Source of the DNA: Klebsormidium nitens
Lineage: Eukaryota > Plantae > Klebsormidiophyceae
DNA: 64,000 nucleotides
Reading direction: 5' to 3'
Assembly (NCBI GenBank): GCA_000708835.1
Contig: DF237053.1
Location: 138,023-202,022, forward strand
Notes under the pieces: model-generated
What the model saw: only the letters and a program-made list of their open reading frames with translations
Database searches by the model: none
What the model was told of the DNA's origin: nothing
Part shown: piece after piece, positions 11,606 to 22,804 of the stretch
Position numbering within the stretch: the first letter of the stretch is position 1
How the letters are laid out: each line of letters starts with the position of its first letter
Position numbers and translations under genes: made by a program

Positions 11606-14600
11606 ATGGGAGGCTTTTGGGCAGAGGCGGTTCGCCGCGACCCTGAACCCTCTGCGCCAGCCAAAGCCACAATGAGGAACGAAACCCACAGCCAGATTAA
11701 TGGGAACCCCGTTTCCGAGGATGGTAACAACCCGTCCGTGTCATCAGCGGTGGTTACGGCAGAAGCGGACAGCGGGCGAGCATCGGACACAGAGAAGAGT
11801 GGACCAATGTCTGAAGACGTTGGGGCTAGAGTGCATGTGAAGGGGAAGGATGGAGGGCATCTAATGACTCTAGTGGTGGACACAAACGCGATCATCACTG
11901 GAACTAGACTGGACAACATTGCGGAGAGCCTGGTAACCATTACCGAGGTGTTTGAGGAGATCCGGGACAAGCAGACGCGGCAGCTGCTGGCGAGGCTACC
12001 GTACGAGATCGAGACGAGGGAGCCGTCGGATGCAGCCCTGAAAGAAGGTAGGTGGTCGCATGAGACGATCCTGACAAATGCTGGTGCAAACAATTGGTGG
12101 TGGTTTGTATTCGTTTAATGATGGTGCGTGAAGAAGTCGAGTTTGACATGATAGAGTAGGCCTCTATTTCTCAATTGGGTTGGGCAGCTTTTGATGCCAT
12201 GCCATTCTTAGGTGTTCCACGACGTCAGGATGGTAAGACTCCAGGGTTTGTTTCTCGCTTAATAATCCTGAGCAGTATTCATCGTGGGCAGTCTTCTCGG
12301 GTGCGATGAGGCCAAAATCAAGGCTTACCAGCTCATATTGCCATACCCCTAATTTCGATGGTCGCGTGATGTGGAATTTCTCTTTGGCCAATTCCTGCTC
12401 CTATTTTCCAACGCCATTTTTGACACCCCCATGGCAATATCTTTGTTTCTGCAGTGGTGCGCTTCGCCCGTGCGACTGGCGACCTCCACTCCCTCTCCCC
12501 CCCTGACATCAAGCTCATCGCTCTGACCTACACCCTCGAGGCCGAGCTCTACGGCACCGCTCACATTCGCCGTGAGCCCCCCCCAATCGCAGTGGCCAAA
12601 AAGTCTCAGGCCCGTATGAAGGACCCCCCCGGATGGGGAAAGGTCGCAAACCCGGCTGATTGGGCGGGGATTGACGAGGTGGGCGATGATGGGAAACGGC
12701 CCGGATCGAGCAGCGGTTTCGGAAAGGGGGGGTCGAGAATTTTTGGGGTGAAGCCTTTGGAGGGGGATAGTGTGAGTGTGGTAAGTTCGAGCGGGGCGGG
12801 GGAGGTTTTGAAAGGTGCGGCTGGGTTAGGGCTGGAGGAGGTATCAACCAGCTTGTCAAAAATCGGGTTGGAGGGAGGGTTAATGCCCAAAGAAGGTTCA
12901 GCGGGTCTGCCGGAGGTTAGCTTAGAGGAGCAAGGAGTGGGGACAGAGGAGCAGAAAGGGGAGTCGGTCTCAGAATCGAACATCGAAGAAGGTGTGAAGT
13001 CGGAAGGGAAGGGGGTTCCAAGTGGTTCAGAGGGCGCTGCGGCGTGGGGGGGCTTCATGGTGGCGCCACCTGTCGCAGTCCCGTTGGCCAGCAACTCCCT
13101 TCTCTCTACCAAGCCTGCAAATGACAGCAGCGCTCCTCAAGCCGTCGGAACCGCGAGCTTCGCAGAAGCGGCGCCTCAAAAGAACGCCCGCCAAAGCTTC
13201 AAACAAGGGGGGGGCAGAGGGGGGGGCCGAGGGAGAGGCCGAGGGAGGGGGAGAGGAGCAAAAATGGCGGCGCTCACAAAGCCGATTGTGGTGGATGGGG
13301 TTCATGCAGTGTTAGTGGAAGAGCAGGCGATCGAGCACGCAGAGGGGGGGGACGAGTGGGAGCGTAACGTGAGCCGTAGCACGCGGAGGAAACATCAACG
13401 GCGGGCCGAGAGGGCGGCGGGGCTCGAGACACCAGGGGGTGTGAATACAGGGGCCGCAAATATGGGGGCTGTAGAGGTTGGGGCGAACTCTGGGGACGGT
13501 CCCTCTGCTACTGCCGAGGGTCACGTAGAGACAGAAAGCAACGCTGAGACTCATGCAGAAAAAGGGGGAGAAGAGAAAGCGGAAATTGGGGCTGCAGTGG
13601 TGTCGAAAGGAGTGGGCTTGGTGGAGAACGATCAGAAAAGCGAAGCGGCGGCGGAAAGTGTGCGGCAGTCCGAGGGGCCGGCGAGCGCAGAGGGGCCGTC
13701 TGGTGCGGAAGCCGAATCGGGAGGCCAGTTTTCGGATGCAGAAGAAGACGAAGAAGCGAGCGGTGCCGAGGAAGACGAGCCGGAGGTAGAGTCTCCGGCC
13801 GCTGACGTCGACGACACCCCAGCTGACGTCAGCACGCGCGCAGAGCCAGAGGACAGTGGCGAGCCTTCGGGAGCAGCGGAGTATGAGTACGTTTACAGCG
13901 ATCAGGAAAAGGCCCCGGAATCGATTCAGGTGGCTTTGCCCCAAGCTTCGCAGGCTGCTTCGGAAGTTGGGTCGGGCTGGGATGGGGCCTCCTCGGCCGC
14001 GGGGCCCGAACGGGAATCGGAGGTGGCGTGCATGACCTCAGACTTCGCGATGCAGAACGTGCTGCTGCAGATGGGGCTGCGGCTACTGTCGGTGGACGGG
14101 CTGGCCATCTCGCAGGTGCACCGGTGAGGATGTTTACGCTTTTTTTCCTTGTTCTTCTCACCCCCCTCGCTTCCACATGTCTTTTTGGAAGCGTTCTTTA
14201 TCAGTGCTCAGTCGTCTTCTCGAAGTGCAACAGCGGCCGCGGAGGGGCCATCTCGCAGGTGCATCGGTTAGGAGAAAGTTGTAAATAGTTTCGTTTTTCC
14301 TGACACTAAATGCCTGCTCAAAAGCCGGAATGTCGAGCAGGCATTTTGCCAATTACAACAGCAGCTGACAGCTTGGTCATCTGGCAGGTGCACCGGCGAG
14401 CAGGCCGCCGCAAATTTCGATCTCCTATGCAGCCGTCTAAGCCCTTTTCTGGGCACAGAATGCCGTTTGCACGGCACTCGATTCCGCATGTCGTCTATTC
14501 TCGGTTTCATGCGCGTTATTGGAAGCTTGCCATCTAGCAGTGCTCGGTTTCCTTCAAGTGCTCAGGTGACGTGATTGAGTTCTGGGATCATGGTCCTGGT

Positions 14601-16623
14601 TGGCCCTGTGTTCGACACTACAGGAACTGGCGGCTTGATTTGTCGACGATCACATTCGAACAAAGGCAGAGACCTTGGACTGAGGACTCGCCAGTCGTTA
14701 AGTTTACACGTTAAGGTTGGTTTAGCTCTGCCTCCCAATACTAAATTTGCTTTTCTTTCTCCTTCGACCGAGTACTCAACGTTCTTCAGACCCCCGTCGA
14801 ATTTTCTTGCTTAAGGACCTCATATCAAACTCAGAGTCCAACTTGTGTAAACATCTGCAGATTTGTATATGACACTCATCTGACGGCCAGCTCTTTTATT
14901 GCCTCAGGTGGGCGCTCCGGTGTCAAGCGTGCGGGCAAGTGACCCACGAGATGGGCCGCATCTTCTGCCCCAAGTGCGGTAACGGCGGCACGCTCCACAA
15001 GGTGACGGTAATGGTCGGAGAGGACGGGGCGCTCGTGGCGGGCGTCAGGAAGCGCTTCAGCCTACGTGGCACGCGGGTAAGCGTTCACTGGGACTTTTTT
15101 GGCCGTTTATCATGGATGGTTATGGGCTGGTCAGAAGGTGGTTATATTCCCAATAATCAGACGTCGGCGACAACCAGGCATGGAAAGATGATAAATAACA
15201 GTTTGTTTTTCGATAATCCTGAGACTCAAGTCCGGTGATAAGCCTGGTTAGCAACCAAACCGTACTGTGGTTGTCACAGAAGTTGGGTTCTTCTGCACTT
15301 CGTGCTTCTCGGAAAATTTTCTGGTATGCCGACACTCTTACGATGTCGATCTTGCTTCGAGATGCTTTTTCAATGTTTGCCATGCTCTTAAATGCACATC
15401 ATTCCGGCCTGCAAGTCTCCTGCAGCCCATCCCGTCTCGCCTTGCGAAAGCTGAGTCGTCCCACAGGGCGCTTGAAACCCGGTCATCCACAAGGAATTTT
15501 CTTTCCATCCACTCTTCGGCTCGCGCATTTTTCGATTCGGTCAACAAACCTCCGTTCTTTCGTCGCTTCATGCGCTCTCCGATTCCCTCACCAACCTCTC
15601 GTTCTTCGCCCCGTGCACCAGCCGTTCCATCACCATTTGTCGTCCTGCGTTTGCCCCGTGTACTGTCCCCTTCCCTCACCAAATCTACTTTCTTTCTTTG
15701 CTTTGTGTGTTAGCTCCTCACTCAAACATACCTTCTTTCTTCGCTTTGTTCATTAGCCGATTTCTTAACCAATTGACGTTTCTTTCCGTCCTTGTGCAGT
15801 ATCCCATCCCCCTGCCTAAGGGCGGCCGCGAGGGCAAGCAAAGCGACCCGATCCTGCGGGAGGACCAGCTGCCGTCGCGGATTCGGCACGGCCTGGGGCC
15901 TCGGAAGAAAAAGGGGGTGAGCTCACAGACAAGCTCACAGACAGACTCTCAGAAAGTGCAACAGGAGCATACATTGCCGGAATGTGTTCGTTTTGGCTCT
16001 CCCTGTGTCCGTTGGATGTTGCAGCTCGTTGATTGCTCGTTTAGAATCGAAGACCGTGTCTGTCTCTGTTTCGGGAACGGCGACTGGTTTGGTGGTTCTT
16101 GCTCTGGTCTCTTGTGAACGGCCTTTAGTATCTTCCAAGTGGCTGGCTGACTTGATGCGCTTCCCATACCGATTAATTCAGCAAGAGCATGGATAACTGG
16201 ATATGAGTCCGCGAGAACGCGTTCTTCGACGAGGACGAAGGTTTTGAAGCTCTTCGCGCCTGCTGGTCATACCCCTCGAGCAGAGTGTGCGGCGTCTCGT
16301 GCCGTTCGTCTCCCTCTAGAGGCGGGCCTTGAGCTAATCGTTCTGGAAATTTCCGGCGGAAAATGTTGACAATTTTCAGTTCGAGTCGCTGGTGTTTATT
16401 TGAGACAAAAGTTTGAGGGTAGCTTTAAAGAGAAGTCCTAAGCTCCGGGTGTAACCCCTTGCAGGAAGTCGACGTCTTCGGCGCAGAGTACGGCCCCGAG
16501 ACGTGGTTCCAAGCGGTGCCCACGAAGGGAGTGTCTCACAACGCGGTCCACGTCAAGAACGCCACCGCCGCGTTTAACTCGCGGAAGAATCCGAACGAGC
16601 GCAGAGTGGCCCGGAAGAAATAA
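11606..16623 (+). CDS. NOB1: 20S pre-rRNA D-site endonuclease NOB1 (PIN domain + Zn ribbon), ~851 aa
   Basis: Exons 11606-12047, 12455-14123, 14908-15076, 15800-15916, 16465-16623 (2556 nt, in frame). PIN motifs LVVDTNAII, FARATGDLHSLSPPDIKLIALTYTLE and TSDFAMQNVLLQMGL; Zn ribbon WALRCQAC...FCPKCGNGGTL; LREDQLP; C-terminal RKNPNER. Confidence 0.95.
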
Positions 16624-18182
16624 ACTTGTCTCCGCTTAAGCCTGTAATTCTGTCATGCACCCTAGCCCTGATAGCCGGTGAAAGGGTGCTACTACTTTGA
16701 ATGAGCAGCATGCGGCACAGGGATAGGAGACGCTTGGAACCATAATGTCATGCGATTTTAGTGTTGAAATTATCCGTACAACCAAATCATGCACCTAGTG
16801 ACGTTTGACATTGGCTACGTACGTGACCTTATGGTCGCTCCCGTATCGAAATACTGCATGCTCCGGGATGGGCTGGTTTGAAGCAGACGTCAAGTCGAGC
16901 AAATTTGCACATGCTTGCGAATGCACTTAATGTACCTAAACATGGCATGTGTTCGTATGGGCTATATACGCCTCTTGATTGAGTTGTGTGTTGGATCTAT
17001 GTTAACGCGATTTGATCATCAAATCTTAAATTTCAATATGTGGATTGATTGCCTGGTACAGGAAGTTCATGAGTCTCATCTACATGCTGGCCCTAGCTAG
17101 CTAAAGCAGCCGTTCTATATCTTGCAAATGATCGATGGCACATATGTTGTCAAAATTGTGCCCGCGGTGTTTGAAGATGCCGAACCACAGACTGAAAAGA
17201 GTTTCTGGGCCGCATGCAGCCAGCGTTCCTTCTTGTCGTTGACGCCTTGTTGAGCGCAAAGAGTTGGCTCAGTGATGCACAGCTTGAGAAAGAGAAACGA
17301 AATCTATTCTTTCGAGTCTGAGATACAGCTGTCCGAATTGACATGCCATCAAGAGCCATTTTTCGAAAAAGGAGGTAACGTTTCTCTTACTTCGACAAGT
17401 CCAAATCGTTGCTTTTGGTCTGAAGAGCAAGGACACGAAGTTCAAAAGTGGGAAGGAACGTGTTGACCGTTTCCGAACTGAAAGCCAAGGCATACGAATG
17501 GACGATTCTTATCCTAGCCGGAATCTACTGCAGAGGCATCTGTTCCTTCACTTCATAGACGGTTTTGAGACCCTCGATGAGGATTTGATTGAAAGTACCT
17601 AATTCATGACAAGTTTCATGCTGGTTAGACACGTGTCAGTGCGGAAGTGCTTCTTTATTTCGAGTGGGACGTCCAGAGACTCCAGACGGAGCTCCGGAGT
17701 CCGTCGGCACCTTCCATTCCGCGGCCGAGCCAGGAGCCTGCGCAGTGCGGAATGCGGATGCCTAGCCGCGGAAATCGACGAACTCTACCTTCAGTACGTC
17801 ATTATGGCTGACGCCATCGTTCAAGTGGTGTCATGCTTTCGTACTGAAAAGAGAAAGCGAGCTGCATGTGGCCGAAGTTGAACGAACTCCACAACGATGC
17901 GCCGTACTATCGAAAAGTCAAACTTTGAATGATTCACGCAAAAGGGTCGTCGTCTTCGAGTGCCACGTTCACATTGCACAGCATCAGCAACACAGTCCAA
18001 AATGTACGGTCTAAATATTTAGAAATTTCAATCATGCAAGTCAATCATGTAACACGACCATGCATGAGTCATGACAATTGTGGAATTGATGGCGAGTCTG
18101 CGACCCTCTGATGCCGACACGTCTCTTACCGATGCCTACGCGCCTGCCAGACGAGAATTTAGACAAGAGAATCAAACGCAGG

Positions 18183-18632
18183 ATAGGTCTCGTTTTCATG
18201 TTGACAAAGGGCAAGGGAAAGCACCCGGGGGACGGGTAGGGTTGGTATGGGGGTTAGGTGTGTGTACGGTGCAGAGCGGGTGACATTTAGTCGGTTTAGG
18301 TTTTTAGGTTTGTTCGTGCCCCCGAGCACGATCCTTAGTCAACATGCGCTTAGTCAACATGGAATCGAGAAGTATAAACGCAGGTCGACCTTCTGACCGC
18401 CGTTCAAGCAGTAGCCCACAAGCCGCAATTTGGATACTTCTCGATTTCATGTTGACTAAGAGCATGTTGACTAAGGATAGTGCTCGGGGGAACCAGCAAA
18501 ACTAAAAACCTAAACCTGGGAATGACGCGCTCCGCACCCGTACCCACCCTAACCCCCAAACAAACCCTAACTGTCCCCCGGGCACTTTCCTTAGTCAACA
18601 TGGCCCTTAGTCAACATGAAATCGAGACCTAT
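18183..18632. mobile_element. Head-to-head pair of ~190-bp MITE-like elements with TIRs and TA flanks
   Basis: 18183-18375 is the near reverse complement of 18434-18632. Each copy has its own TIRs (xxTCTCGATTTCATGTTGACTAAGG...) and is flanked by TA on both sides. No ORF. Confidence 0.75.
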
Positions 18633-19605
18633 GCAAATTGGGCTGCAAATGTTGTTGTAGTGTCTCTGGAAAGTGGGGGGGTACAGGGGGGAATTGGTCA
18701 AACGACTCGGATAGAACATGGAGAGATTGGTCCCTCCGAGCACGACAAAAGGTCGAAGGCCCGCTTTTGCGTCTCTGATAACTTCGTAGTACATTTCTCA
18801 AGCGCCAGCGCCCGTCAGACACCAGACGGCCATTCGTCAGCTGCAAAGCTTATCTTGTCACACGCCTGCCAAGAGGGAGCTTAAGCTGAGAGGGAAATAT
18901 CGTCGAAGGTCTGCTGTACCTAGTCGCTCCGAGTAGATTCTCGATCCAGGATGGCAACCACCAGGTGAGCTCCTGTAGTTGTACCAACGGTTTCTGCTTC
19001 TTGTTCCGACTTCTTTTCCTTTCATACATGGATGAGTGCTGGACCAGTTCAGGGTAAGACCGCGTTCAGAGACCTGTTGAGACTCTCATTGCGAAAGTTA
19101 GTATATATCCGGGATCCAGGGCCTTAGAACCCAATTGCAGTTTGGCTTCTGCTCATACTGAGCAAAGCTGACCTTGTGGCAAGTTTTTCTCTGCTTGATG
19201 CTCATCGCAGGAGTGACCTTTTGTGGGGCAATTGGTTTCTTGGTTGCACTCACTTGACCCTCCAATATTGCTGTTTGCTAATGTCCTGCTTCAGTTAAGG
19301 AACACTCATGATCGAGGGTCTCAATGATTGCGCAAAACCGATATCATTCAGCCAGCCAAGTTCGCCTCGTCGCCTCTGCACTTGAAAGTATGTTGTGCTA
19401 ATCAAACCTTGAGAATACTTGTACATGACACCTTAAGGTATTCTTCGTGTCCACCAACCAAGACTCCCCATCTAAATTATGCCAGAAGGCCACAATTACT
19501 GTTCAAAGCCTGATGCTGAGGAACAAATCCTCGTACTAAACCCCACAAAATCTCTTTTGCATAATTCAGATCGTCCCTTCATTGACAAGGCCTTCGGCGC
19601 CCAAA

Positions 19606-22189
19606 ATGGACATCAAGGGGGACCATCTTTCCATCCAGGACATCATCGATGTCAGCCTCTTGGGCCGCCACGTGCCGCTCAGCCATGACGTGGACGACCA
19701 CGTGGCAGCAGCCCACCAGCTGATTCTCGACCGTCTGAAGGCGGGTCAACCCATGTATGGGGTCAACACCAATTTCGGGGGGCTGGCAACCAAACAGCTC
19801 ACGGCAAACGAAGCCTCTGCTCTTCAGGAGAACCTCATCTGGGGCCTCAAGAGCGGGGCGGGTCGCAAGCTGCCCCCCTATCTAGTTCGTGCAGCCATGC
19901 TCATCCGCGCAAACGCGCTGGCCAGGGGGGCTTCGGGCGCCCGCAGGATCCTCATCGAACGGTTGCTGGCGTTCCTGAATGAGGGTGTGACACCTGTCGT
20001 ACACGAGCTGGGCTCTATTGGCGCGAGCGGCGACCTTATTCCGCTGGCGGAAATTGTCGGCTGTGTCATTGGCCTCAGTAAGGCCTACCGGGTTGTGGAC
20101 CAGAATGGGAGAGAGCTCGACGCCCTGGCAGCGCTTGCTGAGATGGGCCTTGAACCACTTAGGCTGGAGGTATGTGACTTTCTCCAGTAATTCTCAGGTT
20201 GGCTGCAAAAGCAAGCCATCTCAATCCTACAGTAGCTCAAGTGTTTTGAAGTGCGTGCTGATCACGAGGTTTCGTTGCGGTTTCCGAGACTCTTGATTGA
20301 GATGAAGCTTTTCGGACAAGAGAACTTATCATCCAGAGTATCATTGTGAACTTTAGGCAGACCTGTCAAAGCTTCGAAGATTGTCAACAGTCTCTTTCTG
20401 ATTTAACGTTGCTGTCCTCGAGGAAGCAGCTTCAATTTCAAATTTTTCAAGACATCAATTAGTGAAAGCTGCACCATCTTTTTCGCAGCGGAAAGAAGGC
20501 CTCGCGCTCGTGAACGGCACCTCCATGATGAACGGCATCGCGTGCCACGTCATCACCGACGCTCGCAAGCTGCTGCGCCTCTCGCTGTACTTGCACGCCT
20601 TCTACATCCAGGCGCTCGAGGGATCCCCCGAACCCTTCTCCGCGTTTCTGCACCAGTGCAAGCCGCATCCGGGGCAGGTTGAAGCTGCCAGACTCATGCG
20701 CGAGCTGCTAAAGGGCGGGAAGGTCCTTCCGAACGCCGAGCAAATGCTCGAATCGGATAAGGCGCTGATTCAAGACCGGTACTCTATTCGCTGCCTACCG
20801 CAGTACATGGGACCGATCCTGGATGCGTTCGCTCTCATTGAGAAGCAGGTATGGCGTTGCACGTAGTGAAGGTGCAAGGCGGTGAGGTTTGCTGGGTTGC
20901 CTCATTAGTGGCGTTGTGCTCTGGTCATAGTTGTTGGGTGGTGTTTGATGCTTCAATGCGCTTCATCTGAATAGCTTGCATTGGTCAGCGGCAGTCTCTT
21001 CGTGCAAAAGTAACTTTTGAGCATATTCCCACGTGTTCGCATTCTGAGCTGTCTTCCCATTTTTGTTGCTGTAAGGCCTCGAGCACTTTTTGTGTTCATC
21101 CTTTGTCTCCAGATTACAGAGATATTAAATAGGCCTTTGGCTCATATGCAGGTTGAGATGGAGGCGAACTGCGTGGACGACAATCCGCTGGTGGACGTGT
21201 CCGCCGGAATGGTGCTAAACGGGGGCAACTTTCTGGGGCAGTACATCGGAACCGGAATGGACCTGTTACGATATCACGTCGCCTTACTTACGAAGCATCT
21301 TGACACACAGATTGCAATGCTAGTTACGCCCAGCATGAACAACGGGCTGCCTGCGTCGCTAGTTGGCACACGAGCTGACGATACGGGAATCAAGCTCGGC
21401 TTGAAAGCATTGCAGATCTTCGCCAACTCTGTCCTACCCCGGTTGATGCACCTCGCTTCCCCGATAACGCACCTCTTCCCGACGCATGCGGAGGAGTATA
21501 ATCAGAACATCAATTCGCAGGTTTGTCACTTATTGGCTGGCTCATATGAGCCCTCATTTCACCTTGATCGTGCAACACGGGGGCTCGCAGGAGCATGCCT
21601 TGTAAAGAGATGGTATTTGCCTGCTCGATATAGATGGGAAGTGATGAGATTCGTGGCCACAAAACTCAGTAAGCAACTCAATAACGTCCGAGCACAATTG
21701 GATCTGATCGCAATGCATACTCTCAGACTGTTGTATTCTGAACCCCTCACCTTGCTCGTTTCCAACTGTGACTCGAACTTTCAAGAAATATTGATCGCGC
21801 CTCTCTCATCCTTAGCTCGCAGCTCTGGCTCTGTGTCTAGAAGGCCGTGTTTCAATGATTATTCTGCAGGGTTCAACTCTGCCAACCTGGCAAGAGAGTC
21901 TGTTGGTCTTCTAAGAACCTACCTTTCGGCTGGGGTGATTTTTCCGATTCAGTCAATAGAGCTACGCGCTTTCGCTAGGGAGGGGCACTAACATGGCGAG
22001 GCATTTTTGTCGCCTGCGTGTCGCCCTCTGTATAACGCCTTTTACAAGGCATTTGGGCAGCCCAATCAAACGACGAAGCCGTTCGTCGAAAAGAATGGCG
22101 ACCAGGATCTTGCAGACTTGATTTCGAGATTGGAGATTGACCTTGCCAGCGTGGACAGCAGGTTGTTAGACAGCGTCTGTGAAGGTTGA
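19606..22189 (+). CDS. PAL: Cyanobacterial-type MIO-dependent aromatic amino-acid ammonia-lyase (PAL-like), possibly disabled at the 3' end
   Basis: Exons 19606-20169, 20489-20848, 21152-21520, 21870-22189. Motifs: GQPMYGVNTNFGG (catalytic Tyr loop), GSIGASGDLIPL (MIO Ala-Ser-Gly), KEGLALVNGTS, KPHPGQ, QDRYSIRCLPQYMGP, DNPLVD, GGNFLGQY and HAEEYNQNINSQ. These are colinear with Anabaena/Nostoc PAL as recalled. The last junction is off by 1 nt and there is an in-frame TAA at 21989-21991. The start may lie upstream (acceptor at 19569). Confidence 0.88.
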
Positions 22190-22804
22190 AGTACAAAATT
22201 TGATTCAAACGCGTAAGATTACAACATAGGACATATACGACGGTACAGGCTTTCGTGCATGTAGCGAACAAGGAAGCCCATATATACATGTGTGCATGCA
22301 CACGAGTCACCGTCCAGTGCGCTGTAGGCCGCCTGGGGCCACATTGCAGTAGACCTGACCCTCTTGTATTTAGTACAGGATCCAGATGTCAGAGCACCCC
22401 GCGAGCATGGCCATACGTTGTGGACTCGAGCTTGCTTCAATGAAACTAGATCATGCAACACGTGGCTGTGATCTCATTCAATCATGACCGAAGGTCAATA
22501 TCTGGTCTTCGAAGTGTATAATTCATATATCTCAGCAGCCCGATCAGCATGGCCATCTTGTGAACCCGGGCTTGCTTCAATAAAGCTGGACTGCAACATG
22601 TAGCGGTCCCACGCAATTATGAAGGTCAATTTTTGGTCTTCGAGCTCATGCTCAACGATCAGTGTCCCGACATACCAAATTTATAAGAGGCTTACTTCAA
22701 GCCGTCCTTCCGTAGCCTTTCGCTCAAATTGCTCTACAAGAGCGCAAGTTGTTAATATGTCTATCTAAACCATACCGCAAGGTGTTGAACACGCAAAAAC
22801 ACTG

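Noticed and set aside
12515-14176. Antisense ORFs over NOB1 exon 2
   Set aside because: Expected shadow ORFs opposite a long purine-rich coding exon.
17790-17860. Minus-strand coding exon (strong polypyrimidine acceptor at ~17845, donor at ~17789)
   Set aside because: All three frames are closed within the candidate exon and no partner exons were found. At most it is non-coding.
18952-19060. Upstream coding micro-exons of the PAL-like gene (ATGGCAACCACCAG|GTGAG, CAGG|GTAAG)
   Set aside because: The donors look real, but I could not build a phase-consistent path to the 19570 acceptor. They may be 5'UTR exons and need RNA-seq.
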